From a virus (Duplodnaviria > Caudoviricetes), in IMG/VR virus record IMGVR_UViG_3300020421_000016, positions 1 through 59,226 of that record: a stretch of DNA of 59,226 bases; one strand, 5' to 3'. A program made the position numbers and the translations under genes. This document shows, one piece after another, positions 9,758 to 22,100 of this stretch; within the stretch, counting starts at the first letter, position 1; the number at the start of each line of letters is the position of its first letter. The notes beneath the pieces are model-generated. The model was not told where the DNA came from, did not search any database, and saw only the letters and a list, made by a program, of their open reading frames with translations.

Positions 9758-10921
9758 CTAGAATGATGTGTTTAGAGCAGTAATAGTAGCAGCACCAGTG
9801 CTACATGCACCACTACTCTGACCATAATGTCCTTTTGGTTGTGCGGCCGCTCCTAATGTTGTTTGTGTATCTGAACTATAACTTTGTCTAATAGTGTGAT
9901 TGTTTTGCTGACCATCATAATGACCTAAGCAATATCCATTATCTTGTCCATCACAATAATTAGCTTCTCCATAGGCACGTACTTTATTAAAAGTACTTAT
10001 CGTTGCTCCAGATGTTTGATTTAATTTAGCAATAGGAGAGGATACATTACTACCAGGACTAAAGTAAAAATGTCCTTTTTTACTGCCCAGCATTTTACAC
10101 TGATAGTCTCTACCAGTCCAACCGCCCCAACCACCAGTACTGTAAGAGTCATTGCTGAATGTCATAACAGAATAAAAATCTTGACTATTAACCCATGCTT
10201 TGGTTTCTCCATATGAGCTATCTCCTCGTCCACTAGTACCACTTGCAGTTGTAGTATACATTACTTCTGTTGGAAAATGCATCTTTTGCGTACTGGTATC
10301 TCCGCCACCTGTATAATATCCGTCCTGTCCAATAATATTTTGTGTTGCACAGCCATCCAACTTTGGTACACTCATACGCATACCACCAACATCTCCCCCA
10401 TATCCAGCACTACCATAATCTAGTCCTTGATTTTTAGGATCATTTCCTTCATATCCGTATGTTACACCAACAGAGGAAAATCCATCAAGGCTAAATGTTC
10501 TAATTGTTCCTGTATGTAAACTATAACTGCACACTACACTTGTAGTAACATTAAAACCGCCGCCATCGCCTGACCCGCCTCCTGCAATAATATATGCAGC
10601 ATAGTCACTCCAAAATCCGTTTGTATATCCTTGTGTGTAAGCAATTTGTTCACCGCAATATCTAGTTGTTTCTGTACTAAACCAAATCTGATTTACTGTA
10701 CGCCAAGGATTACTTCCTTTGTAACCACCAGCTAGAAATCCATGTGTATATATTGTTCTAAATTCCCAACTATTGTTATTAATTTGACCAGCAGTTGCCG
10801 TATTACCTGGATATACCCAAAAAGATCCGCCAACACCATCACTTGCTAGATAACTTCCTTGATCAGGATTAGCTGTTGCTTCTATGTTTGCTTGTGTTGT
10901 ACTGCTAATTTTAAAAGCCAT
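9758..10921 (-). CDS. Gly/Tyr/Ser-rich virion protein, propeller/Kelch-like (paralog B)
   Basis: 387 aa with MAFKI N-terminus and repeated G[FY]xxGG blades. Paralogous to 10931..12067. Confidence 0.6.
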   Translation of the reverse strand: MAFKISSTTQANIEATANPDQGSYLASDGVGGSFWVYPGNTATAGQINNNSWEFRTIYTHGFLAGGYKGSNPWRTVNQIWFSTETTRYCGEQIAYTQGYTNGFWSDYAAYIIAGGGSGDGGGFNVTTSVVCSYSLHTGTIRTFSLDGFSSVGVTYGYEGNDPKNQGLDYGSAGYGGDVGGMRMSVPKLDGCATQNIIGQDGYYTGGGDTSTQKMHFPTEVMYTTTASGTSGRGDSSYGETKAWVNSQDFYSVMTFSNDSYSTGGWGGWTGRDYQCKMLGSKKGHFYFSPGSNVSSPIAKLNQTSGATISTFNKVRAYGEANYCDGQDNGYCLGHYDGQQNNHTIRQSYSSDTQTTLGAAAQPKGHYGQSSGACSTGAATITALNTSF

Positions 10922-10930
10922 CTGGACCCT

Positions 10931-12067
10931 CTATGCTAGTTGCGCTGTAATTGTTGCGGCACCAGTGCTACATGCACCACTACTTTGGCCATAGTGACCT
11001 TTTGGCTGAGCGGCTGCAGGTAACGTTACTTCTGTATCTGAACTATAACTTTGTCTTATTGTATGATTATTTTGCTGACCATCGTAATGGCCCATACAGT
11101 ATCCGTTATCTTGTCCGTCCTCATAGTTTGCTTCACCGTATGCTCTTACTTTATTAAACGTACTAATTCTTGATCCAGTACTATCATTAAATTTTGCTTT
11201 TGGTAATGTAACGTTGGCACCATCTTCACTATAAAAATGTCCTTTTTTACTACCCAGCATTTTACTGTGTACATCAGTAGTATTTCTACTCCATCCACCA
11301 CTTGTCCAAGAATCATTACTAAATGTTAAGTATGCTGTGTTTGCAGCAAATGCAAACCATCCACGTGTTTGGCCGTAACTAGCATCTCCTCTACCAGTAA
11401 ATGCAGCGGCAGTTGTAACGTACATTACTTCTGTTGGAAAATGTAATTTTTGCGTACTTGTATCGTTGCCTCCACTTACGTATCCGTCCTGTCCAATAAT
11501 ATTTTGTGTGGCTGGAGGATCCAGTTTAGCTACGGACATTTTCATACCACCAACATCTCCTTGATATCCAGCAGTACCATAGTCTAGGCCTTCGTTTTTA
11601 GGATCATTTCCTTGATATCCATATGCAACACCGTCTGATGAAAATCCATCAGCAGTAAAGGTTCTTATAGTACCATTATGTAAACTATAACTACATACAA
11701 TATCAGTTGCGTTATTGAACCCAGCACCTGCTATACAATATGCATGTTGATCACTCCACATTCCATTTGTATATCCTTGTGTAAATGCAATTTGTTCTCC
11801 GCAATACATAGTAACTTCAGTTGCATGCCATGTTTTATTAACTGTACGCCACGGGTTACTTCCTTTATATCCAGCGGCTAAAAATCCATGTGTATATACA
11901 CTGCGATATTCCCAACTACTGCCATTAATCTGTGTTGCGCTTTGTGTTCCGCCTAGATAACTCCAATATGCTGTACCATCTCCTGCTGAAACTAGATAGC
12001 TACCTCTGTCAGCACTTGCTGTGGCTGGAATATTTGCTTGTGTTGTGCTACCAACTTTGAACGCCAT
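10931..12067 (-). CDS. Gly/Tyr/Ser-rich virion protein, propeller/Kelch-like (paralog A)
   Basis: 378 aa, collinear with 9758..10921 over its whole length. TAATG overlap with the upstream fibre gene. Confidence 0.6.
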   Translation of the reverse strand: MAFKVGSTTQANIPATASADRGSYLVSAGDGTAYWSYLGGTQSATQINGSSWEYRSVYTHGFLAAGYKGSNPWRTVNKTWHATEVTMYCGEQIAFTQGYTNGMWSDQHAYCIAGAGFNNATDIVCSYSLHNGTIRTFTADGFSSDGVAYGYQGNDPKNEGLDYGTAGYQGDVGGMKMSVAKLDPPATQNIIGQDGYVSGGNDTSTQKLHFPTEVMYVTTAAAFTGRGDASYGQTRGWFAFAANTAYLTFSNDSWTSGGWSRNTTDVHSKMLGSKKGHFYSEDGANVTLPKAKFNDSTGSRISTFNKVRAYGEANYEDGQDNGYCMGHYDGQQNNHTIRQSYSSDTEVTLPAAAQPKGHYGQSSGACSTGAATITAQLA

Positions 12068-15000
12068 TATTTGTTTCCTTTTAATTCATCTACTTGTTGT
12101 TGTAGATCTTTTACTGCTTCAACCAATAGTGCAATAACACCTTGATAGTTGACTGATTTGGTACCCATTTCGTCATTTGCAGTATGCACTAATTGAGGTA
12201 GAACTTCTTCTACTTGTTGTGCAATAAATCCGATTTGGTTTTCTTTATCATCTTTTGTATATAATTTTCCACTTAACCCTGCTATTAACTGTCTTGGATT
12301 ATCTATTGTTCTAATATCACTCTTGAGTCTTTCATCAGAGTTTGTAATTACGTCACCACCACTAACAATATCCCCAACCGCTGTAAGAGTACCGCCCTGC
12401 CAAGTATTACCGTTATTACCGTTAACTGACCACTTAGTATTATCACTTCCTACAAAAACAAACTCGTTGGGATTAGAAGAGTTACTCCAGATATCGCCAG
12501 GACCACCATTTCCATTTGTTCCGTATCTTGCTCCACTATTACCTGCCCAAAACAGACCCCATGTTGCAGGATTATTTGCAACACTAAACATATAAGAACT
12601 ACGATCATAATCTAATCTAAATGGGCTGTTAAGTTGTCCATCTGTATTTGATGCAGATGTATATCCACTAAAAAATCCACCTGCAAGATTATGTAAAGCA
12701 CCGTCATTTTTTAGTTCTAGTTTTTCTACAGCTGCATTTGTGGTGTCTCTTACTGCAAATTTCATATCCGATGGGGCATATGCCCAACTTGGACGGTCAA
12801 CTTTAATGTATGCAACTTCACTATCTGATTCTTGACTCCATCTAATACCTACTGATTGACTATGATCTCCAGTTGTTTGTTGACTTGCTTGTAGCCTAAT
12901 GGAACCATCTTTAATGTGTAATTTATTAGTTGGTGTAAAGTAGTTGCCAGCATTATCACCTAATCCTAATTTGCCATCGCTAGTAAGATTTAACTGATGA
13001 TCCCAACCACTACCATTCCAGTTCCAGAATTTATGTCCTCCACTTGAGCCTACTCCACTTGCAACATAATGTATATCGCCTTCCCAAACACCTCCTTGTG
13101 TTTCTCCAAACATATTAATACTATTACCACTGCTACTGTTGTTAGCATTATTGGCAATTCTTAGGTTTTGGTTGTCTACGCCTGTGCTTACGTAGGGTGT
13201 AGGATAAGTTAGTAGCATGTTGCCGTACAATGTTAAATTGCCGCTCATTGTATCTGCTGTGTCACTACGTAAAAATTGTAAACTATCTAGTCCATCTAGT
13301 GTATCAGCATCAACATTAAGACCGTCTATTACACTTTTTGTAATACGTGCGTCTGCTCTAGCATCAGTATAATATAAGTTTGTACCTTCAGCTAAATCAC
13401 TTGTTGACTTACTACTTAAATCTAAATTTGCACCAACTTGTAGTGCAATACGTGCATCTGCTCTAGCATCAGTAAAGTAAAGATTTGTTGATCCTTCACT
13501 TAGATCATCTGTATTTGCCGCGGCTATACGTGCATCTGCTCTAGCATCGGTATAGTATAAGTTAGTTCCTTCGCTTAGATCGCTAGTAGATTTAGTAGCA
13601 ATCCAAGTGTCTGCTGTACTAGTGAAATCTGCTATAGCTAGTTTAGTTGCAATGCTATTTGTTATTGTAGTTGCGAAGTTGGGGTCATCTCCCAAAGCTG
13701 CTGCTAATTCATTAAGTGTATCCAATGTAGTAGGTGCGCTATCTGTGATCGATGCAATAATATTAGTTGCTGTATCGTATCCGTTATTACTTAAATAAGC
13801 CCCAACATCTGTATCAGTATATCCTGGTTGTCCGTCTAGTGTTAGCGTACCAGCCGCATCGTCATATGTGGCAGTAATATTATTTCCACCTACTACTAAA
13901 GCCGCTACCCGATCATCAACTCGTTCATTAGTAAAATATAAATTAGAACCTTCAGTTAGATCTGCTGTGGTTGCGGCCGCTATACGTGCATCTGCACGTG
14001 CATCTGTAAAGAATAAGTTTGTTGTTCCCTCAGTTAAGTCATCGCTATTTGCAGCCCCAGCCTGTTGCCAAGCACTGCCGTCCCAGATGTACAAAATATC
14101 TGTATCAGTGGCAAATGCCTGATCGCCAGCATTGTTTCCTGTTAATGGTAAGTATGTGCTATCATCATAAACATTAACCTTAGCGATTACTGCACTTCCA
14201 TCTTCAACTACTAGTTCTGCTGTACCTGCTACTTCACGGATCTTGTTTTCAAAACTAGGTGTGTTTTCCACATAAGTTGCCAAATCCTGTGGCACAAATC
14301 TGTTTGTAGTGTTGTCATAAACAAGACACATCTGATTAACAAGACTTGGAATAGGTCTTAGTTCAACAGGAGTTCTGTGTCCTTCCTGTGTATGCTGGAA
14401 GTAAATTACATAATTACCATTAATATTTGTTTCTAATGCTAAATCCTTTACAGTAATTTCACCACGCATTGCGCTGTGATTACCGCACTGGTAATAAAGC
14501 GTATCTGGCGCATTAGCAGGAACAGTAAATGTTACACTGCCTGAATCACTACGTGAGCCTGTAACTCCAGTTGTGTATTCACCAAAATATTGACCAGCAC
14601 TAAAGTTAGTTCCGTTATCTGTTGTTAAGTAAAAAGGATGTCCTGTTGCACTTACATTAAATGTATACGTACCACCGCGGTATATTGGACCTATGTTTGG
14701 ATTGTCTCCCTTTGCACTTCCGCTAAATGTATATGCACCTGCACTGTTGTTTGTTACAGTGTATGCTACACTTGGATTATTTAAAGTTGGCGGAGTAATT
14801 GTTGCAGGAACACTTACAGTTATACGTTGTACGTCTGTTGCATTACCGCTGTTTATATCTGGATGTGTGTCACTTATAGGACCAGCACTGGTTGCCCAGG
14901 ACACCAAGTTGTCTGTACCTGCTCCGTCTATCCATTTTAAATACAGACTATGTGTTTGTGTCATACTGCCGTGTATGTCGTATGCTGCAAAGTTATTGAC

Positions 15001-16134
15001 TACATATGTACCTTCTTTGTATAGTGGCACTTGAAGTTCGTTAGAATTAGTAATAGTACGTCTTGCATAAGGAAGGGTACTTTGTTCCCAAGTCCACTTC
15101 CACATTGTGTCTTGACCCATGTCAGGGGCGTCAACTTGTATCTCTAGTGTTTCTGGAGCAATTGCTAAATTAACTTGTGGTGCTTCTGCTCCGCCAATTG
15201 TACTACCAGTAGGTAATTCTACTTTTGTTCCTGTGCTGGTAATATCAGCATCGCCAATGTGTAATGTATTTGATCCCAAATACAAGTCTCTAATTTTATT
15301 TGATGCACTACCAATGTCATATGTATCATTTGTGTCGGGTAAAATGTGTCCGCTTATATTACCAAGTTTTGTTTGTACTCTTGCATCTGTATAATATAAA
15401 TTTGTAGTACCTTCAGTAATATCATCTGTATTACCGCCCAGTGTACCAAGCGTCATATATTCTGCTTGACCGTGTAACATAACCTGTATAACATCATTTA
15501 AAGCTGGTGCTGTTACAAATGTTACATCGCCATTTGCAAAACTATAGTCAGAGGTTTCTTTAAGTAAAACACCGTTTACATATACAAATGCACTTACATT
15601 ACTGCCTACACCTGTACTAAAAACTGTTGTTGTGTTATCGCCAGTAAAGTCACGCATTGTAAATGCGGCTTGATCGCCACCAGTAGTACTGATCCATTCA
15701 GTACCTGTCCATATAAACAGTTCAGCATTTGTACCACTGTCGAACCAAAGGTCTCCGCTTTGTGGTGTACTGGGTGCAGCGTCACTAAATGTTACTGCGG
15801 CTAAGTCAGCAAACTCTACAGCGTTTTCTGCTGTGTTTACTTGTACAACTTTTCCTGCTTGTCCAGTAAAACTATTTGGAGTAACATCAGTTAAGCCTAA
15901 AAAGTTGGTAGATATTGTTGTGAATGATAAGTTGCCAGCACCGTCAGTTTTAATGACTTGCTCTGCTGTTCCATCTGCTGTTGGAAGTGTGTAAGCACTG
16001 TCTATTTGAACAGCACCTACTAAATTACTGATATGTGCATTCGCAAACTTACTAGTTGCGTGACCTAAATCTTGGTCGTTATGCGTCTGTGGTACCAGAC
16101 CACTTTTGACTATGAATGGTTTATTATTTGCCAC
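12067..16134 (-). CDS. Long tail fibre with cupredoxin-like module and C-terminal peptidase S74 intramolecular chaperone
   Basis: 1355 aa, GTG start with GGGGAAAG SD, six TxDLxEGxxNLY/F repeats, and the S74 motif SDERLKSDIRTI...IGFIAQQVEEVLPQLV...VNYQGVIALLVEAVKDL. Confidence 0.85.
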   Translation of the reverse strand: MANNKPFIVKSGLVPQTHNDQDLGHATSKFANAHISNLVGAVQIDSAYTLPTADGTAEQVIKTDGAGNLSFTTISTNFLGLTDVTPNSFTGQAGKVVQVNTAENAVEFADLAAVTFSDAAPSTPQSGDLWFDSGTNAELFIWTGTEWISTTGGDQAAFTMRDFTGDNTTTVFSTGVGSNVSAFVYVNGVLLKETSDYSFANGDVTFVTAPALNDVIQVMLHGQAEYMTLGTLGGNTDDITEGTTNLYYTDARVQTKLGNISGHILPDTNDTYDIGSASNKIRDLYLGSNTLHIGDADITSTGTKVELPTGSTIGGAEAPQVNLAIAPETLEIQVDAPDMGQDTMWKWTWEQSTLPYARRTITNSNELQVPLYKEGTYVVNNFAAYDIHGSMTQTHSLYLKWIDGAGTDNLVSWATSAGPISDTHPDINSGNATDVQRITVSVPATITPPTLNNPSVAYTVTNNSAGAYTFSGSAKGDNPNIGPIYRGGTYTFNVSATGHPFYLTTDNGTNFSAGQYFGEYTTGVTGSRSDSGSVTFTVPANAPDTLYYQCGNHSAMRGEITVKDLALETNINGNYVIYFQHTQEGHRTPVELRPIPSLVNQMCLVYDNTTNRFVPQDLATYVENTPSFENKIREVAGTAELVVEDGSAVIAKVNVYDDSTYLPLTGNNAGDQAFATDTDILYIWDGSAWQQAGAANSDDLTEGTTNLFFTDARADARIAAATTADLTEGSNLYFTNERVDDRVAALVVGGNNITATYDDAAGTLTLDGQPGYTDTDVGAYLSNNGYDTATNIIASITDSAPTTLDTLNELAAALGDDPNFATTITNSIATKLAIADFTSTADTWIATKSTSDLSEGTNLYYTDARADARIAAANTDDLSEGSTNLYFTDARADARIALQVGANLDLSSKSTSDLAEGTNLYYTDARADARITKSVIDGLNVDADTLDGLDSLQFLRSDTADTMSGNLTLYGNMLLTYPTPYVSTGVDNQNLRIANNANNSSSGNSINMFGETQGGVWEGDIHYVASGVGSSGGHKFWNWNGSGWDHQLNLTSDGKLGLGDNAGNYFTPTNKLHIKDGSIRLQASQQTTGDHSQSVGIRWSQESDSEVAYIKVDRPSWAYAPSDMKFAVRDTTNAAVEKLELKNDGALHNLAGGFFSGYTSASNTDGQLNSPFRLDYDRSSYMFSVANNPATWGLFWAGNSGARYGTNGNGGPGDIWSNSSNPNEFVFVGSDNTKWSVNGNNGNTWQGGTLTAVGDIVSGGDVITNSDERLKSDIRTIDNPRQLIAGLSGKLYTKDDKENQIGFIAQQVEEVLPQLVHTANDEMGTKSVNYQGVIALLVEAVKDLQQQVDELKGNK

Positions 16135-16166
16135 GGTTCACTTTCCCCTATAACAATTGTTATATG

Positions 16167-16173
16167 TATTTAT
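16167..16173 (-). promoter_or_regulatory. Putative late promoter (ATAAATA)
   Basis: Motif lies in the gap upstream of the start at 16134. Confidence 0.6.
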
Positions 16174-19100
16174 TAAGAAGCGTTACCTGACATAGCACTA
16201 TGTTGACCATTTGTATTAGCCACTGTATCTCCAAAGTCTGTAGCATTACCTGGTGTTGCTATAGTTATTTTAACTATAGAATTATCTGCCGTGTTTTGAT
16301 AACCATTTGCAAAAATACCTGTAATACCGTCTGTGGTTGCACCTTGTCTTTCTTTAGCTACAGTAAGATCTCCAAAATCACTAGAATTACCTGGAGTTTG
16401 TATAGTTATTTTGGTTATAGCATCTGTTGCATTATATGTAGTGTCGAACATTCCACCTGCAATTACACCTATAGTATTATTACTAACAACGCCTGTTGAT
16501 GGTGCATATGAGCCATCGCCATTATGTAAATCTCCAAAGTCTTGTGCATTTCCAGGAGTAGCCATAGTTATATAATCTATAACATTTGTATAGCCTCCTG
16601 AAGTAAGTCCACTTATAAACACGCCTCTGGTATCATCATTAGTAGATCCACCTGAGTGTTTAGCCTGTGTCATATCTCCAAAGTCGACACTATCTCCTGT
16701 AGTATCAGCAGTTACATAATCTATAAAGTTATTACCGTTATTATAACTTCCTGACGCTGTTCCCCCTTGGCCACCTGCCCATATAACTTTAGTTCCATCA
16801 GCAACACAATAGCTAACGCTTGTTCTATTAGCCCTATTACCAAAGCTACTAGCATTACCTAATGTAGCACATGTAAAATACTCTAAACCAGTTGACCAAC
16901 CCGGAGGATAACTTTGTCCTGAAATAGTACCATAGTTAGTTATTCCTCTAGTCTTATTACCACCACTTGTATGACTTTCAATAGCTGTAACTAAATCACC
17001 AAAATTGCTAGCATTGCCAGGACTTTGTATATTTAAATATTCAATGTTAGTTGATCGAGCGCCGTTTGCATTACCACCAATTAAAAAGCCTCTAGTTCCA
17101 CCCCAAGCTAAACTAGAGCTACCGCCACCGCCACCGCTACTGATTACAGTAAGTGACTCAGTTAGTGTAGGTGTAGTTATAGTGTCATTGTAAGTACCAC
17201 TATTGTAATTAGTTGTCTGAAATTGTCCACCTATTGAAGTAACAGTACTATAACTAGCATAATTTACATCTGTTGCGCCATATGTGTAATCAGTTCCTGT
17301 GCTTGAACTTTCACTAATTATTAGTTGTCCAAATGTTCCCGCTGTTATAGTAGAAGGAAATTTTATAATTGTATTCTCATAAGTTCCAGAAGCATTTCCA
17401 TTAGGACTTATTATCATTATAAGATTACCATCTCTGTTTACTTGTAGGCCTCGCTGATGCGAAGTTTCAAATCTCCAAGCAGCACCATTACTAGCAGTGC
17501 CAGTAAAATCTAGTTCATATACATTTTCTGTAGATCCATCGCTTGAATCTATTTTTCTCATCCATAGATTGTAATGTGTGTAATTTGCATTGTTCGTGTC
17601 ACCAGTAAAGTATATATTATCACTTCCATCAACTGCCATGTTTATCGCAGCTTTACCGAACTGTTGATCGTATCTTTTTTTCCAGATGAAATTTCCATTA
17701 GTATCATCTAGTTTCATAAGAGTTGCATAATTATCTTGACCTGCGCCTTGATTATCTGTATATCCTCCGACTATCAAATTACCATCAGATGTTTTTGCTA
17801 ACATATTACCCACATCATAATGCGTTCCACCAGATCCCATTCCGTATTCTTTGACCCAAGTATATGTAGGCGAACCTGTTGCGCCTGGGATATTCATTTT
17901 TGCTATAACACAATGAGGACCTTGAGCACCGTACACTGTATCATATTGAGTCCAGCCAATATACATATCAGTACCATCAACCAGTATATCTGTAGGTGCG
18001 TTACTGGTGTCTACATTAGATGGTAGATACCATACTCCACTCAGTGCTCCTGATGAATCTACTTTAAACAATGTTACAGTTTGTGAACTATTACCTGTAA
18101 CTGACGCACTGTTAGATCCAACCATCCAAAGATTTCCGTAAGAATCTATTTCAATTTGATTAGTATATGTGGTATTTCCACTACTGGAAATATTATTATA
18201 TCTTAGAATTTTAGACCACTGCCTAGCTCCGGCATCATTGAATTTTGCAATATATAAACATTGGGGATCATAAGTTCCGCCTGCCGCTTGCAAGTTTTCT
18301 CCATATCCATAATCAGAACCTGCTACATATACATTATTAGAATCATCAGTTACAACATCTTCAGACCTTAAATAATAACTTCCATATTCTTTTGCCCATT
18401 GGAAAGCACCTGATTCATTATATTTTGTTAACCATCCACCTTTACTATAAACTTCACCAGTGACATAGTAAGACTTATCTGCTGCTTGTGTAATTTTATT
18501 AGCAGGAAGAGATACATTAGCTGTGTTAGATTGGTTTACTGTGCCTGTACCAGCTGCCACGGCCCAATCGGTAGTAAAGTTAATAAATCCGTCAGCACTT
18601 GCGCTGCCGCCGCCAGATCCGCTAGTCCCTAGTGTATACTTCCACATTCCGTATTGACCGCTTGGAGTTCTTAGACCTGAAATATAGAAATCAGTATCAT
18701 TTACAAGAACCATATGTTGGAATTCAGCAAAATTATTAGATGCACCAATGGTTAGACTTGAAGTTTTTGTTGCTGTGCTTAAATCATATGGTGTTGAAAG
18801 ATTCCATTGATGAAGTTCTGGGTCAGCACCACCACTTGGATTAAAACCTACATAGAGCCTTGTTCCTGTTGAATTCATTTGAATTCCGTATTGTGCACCG
18901 TTTCCTAAAGCGGTAGTTAAATCTATTTCATTAGAACTACCGACCACTGAAGCAGTTGAAAGATCTCCTGCAGTCGAAACATTATATTCTCTAAGTATTC
19001 CACCAGAGCTCTGTTGCATAAGATACAGCTTTGCTCCACTATTAGCATAGGTTCCGTTAGTCCATTCTCTATAAGAAGGATCATTATTAATCGTTGCTGA

Positions 19101-22100
19101 AGGTGTATTTGATGCTACACTAGATACATCATAAGGTGTATTTAAATCATATTGTTTACAAGCCGGATTACCATTATTTTCAAAGATAAGTATCTTTGTT
19201 CCATCATGATTGAATATAAAACTTTTAGGGACTACAATAATGTTGGAATTGGTGTATGTTGATGCATTTGAAGTAGTTGTTGGATCGTAGTTAGTACCTA
19301 AATCATATGTAATAATTTCATCATAAGATCCAGCATTGTTCTCCGGAAGATAAAGTTTTGATCCATCATTATTAAATTCGAACCAGTAAGCATTAGTATG
19401 TTTAGCGTCTATAGCACTAAATTGTATAAGAGATCCTGTGCTACCAGTTGCGCTATCAACATCACCTGACCCACTATTTGCAGGAGTTAAATCTTTAAAC
19501 ACTAGATATTCTGCTCCAGTACTATTATTTTCTTCATAAGCAACTAGTTTACCGTTTTTAATATCCCAACTGTATCCAAAATATGTGTTGGTTGCATCAG
19601 CATTACCGTGTTCTTTAAATGCTTCGATATTTTCTACATGTGTACTATCGGACAGTTTATACTTCATAATTCTACCAACATTATTTTTACTATCTACTAC
19701 ATAGCCACTATCGGATGTGTATATAAAGTCGCCGTCTCTTACTAGTTTATAACCTGGGTAAGCGTTACCCTCAGTAATTTGATCGCTACTTAATTCAGTA
19801 AAATTGTTTGTTATATCTAATGCTTTTATATATGCTGCATAATTTGGTGTAACTTGGGTACTATTAGTTTTTGTATATAGGAATCTATCTCCATCCAAAA
19901 CGTTATTAGTTGATGAATTGTTTTGAGGATAAAATTGTTCGTTCAGTGTTAGATTTTGGCTCCAGCTTCCACTACTATAGTCCCACACACTTAGGGTTCC
20001 ATAATATGTACTTGCAAAACGATTATTTTCTATTGTTAATCCGTTACCAAAACCTCTTTGTGGGAATGTTCCACTGTTAGGTACAGGTTGCCATGGTGTA
20101 GCATTTGGGTTTGGATTTTCTATAAATTGGTATGTCCAATTAGCAGGATCTGCATCTGAAATATCATATGCTACTACTGCTCCGGCTTCAGCAGTACCGC
20201 CAACATTATGTTTACTGGCTCCTACTAATAACCAATTTGCATTACATACCATTTCTGAAGCACCAAACTGTGTTCCTGCTGCAGGATAAGCTGGTGCACC
20301 TGCTCCACTAAGTTGTGTAGGCATATCAAATGTTCGTGCATGTGACATATCACTAAGTTTAATTACAACAATATAACCTCCATTATTGTAATTATTTCCT
20401 GTGCTACCATCATAAGAAAGTGGTGCTGATATAAATGCATAATCATCATTTATAGCTGTATTATACCCAAAGCCCATATAGTGGTATTTGCTTGTACCAC
20501 TTGCTGTTGATGTGTAAGCATTTAAACTACCATCGTCAGGTGCAGTACCATCAAGTATACTGTTCCAGGATTTCATTTCCTGTCCGTCACTGTTGCGGTA
20601 AATCCAGGCCCATCCAGGATTGTTTACATTTTGTCCATTATGGACAATATCCATTCCTGGATCTCCAACTACAGTATAAGTTCCGTTTGTACTTAAACGC
20701 TCCATGTGACCCCAGTCATTACTTGTAGATGATCCCCAAATATTACTTGGCAATGCTGGTGTAACTTGTATAGATGCACCTCCGCCTCCACTGCTGGGAG
20801 TTGTACTGCTATCTGTTATTGTAATAGCAATATTTCCTGCACCGTTATCTAATGTCAATGTAAGAGTTTCATTGCCCTCAGTTGTTGTATCTTCAGCAAG
20901 TGTAAATGTTGCTGTTGCAGTGTTACTGGCGATTGTAAAGTTACCAGTAAGTGTACCTGCTGTTAAATCATTTGCATCGACACCTGTTACTGTATATGCT
21001 ATATTAGTAGCATCAGGTACATCAGTTGTTGTAAGTGTAATTACAACACTTGCACCTTCATTAATTGTAGTGTTATCTGCACTCAATGTGTATGTTGGGT
21101 CTAAACTTGTATCGCCAATTGTTACTGCGGAACTTGCAAGTCCATTATCAAGTGCAAGTGTAAGTGTTTCTGCACCCTCTGTTGTTGCGTCTGCTGATAA
21201 AGTAAATGCATTTGTAGCAGTATTATTGTTGACTGTAAAGTTACCAGTCAAACTACCTACACTTAGGTCAGCACTTTGTATACCTGTAATAGTATAAGGC
21301 ACCGCTGTTCCGTTTGATACTTGTGTTGTTGTAAGTGTAAATGTTACGGCATCACCTTCGTTAATACTTGCACTGCTACTGCCAAGAGCAAATGTTGGTT
21401 CTGGTGTAAGTGCATTACGGCTAAATTTAAAGTTTGTATTATTTGTACTTGCTGGTGTGGCAAGTAAGCGTACACTATTACTGTTGACATCTACATCATA
21501 ACTTGCTAATGGATTAGCACCAGTGTGTATTGTTCCATACTCTGTTGCAAATGCTGATGTGCCGTTATGAACAACCATAAGTTCACTTATGTGATATTCA
21601 CTACTTACAACATCAATTGCTTGCAACATATATTTTGCAGTGCGGTACTCAGTTATACTCCAGTTATCTAATGCTACTTGTGTTGTAGCAGTTGTTGTTA
21701 CTTCACCTGTAATTGTTGCTTGTAGTCCTAGTTCTAGCCCACCATTAAAGTTGATGTTGCCAGTACCGTCTATTGTCATTCTTTCTACACCAGCAGTGTA
21801 AAATCTTAGTGTATCATCATCAGCACTTTGTTCTGCTTCAATATATGTGTCTTGGTCTACATCTTTTACACCACCTAGTGATCCCCATGCACCACCATCA
21901 TATCCTTCAAATGTACTATCGTCTGTATTATAGCGGATCATACCTTGTGCTAAACTACCTGGACGTTCGGCAGTTGTTCCTACTGGTACAACAATTGCAC
22001 CAGTACTGTCAAAACTAACATTTTGGTCACTACCAACTGTTACTGCAAGCGAACCACCAGTGTACATTTTTAATGTATCTGCATCGGTTGTTTCTTCTGC

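Noticed and set aside
9758-12067. Diversity-generating retroelement TR/VR pair suggested by near-identical fibre-like sequences
   Set aside because: Both copies are full ORFs, the differences are not confined to adenines and include indels, and no reverse transcriptase is present in the window.
13340-14050. Repeated GCATCTGCTCTAGCATC-like DNA units resembling an array
   Set aside because: These are coding repeats (TDARADAR) within the fibre gene, with irregular spacing and synonymous variation.
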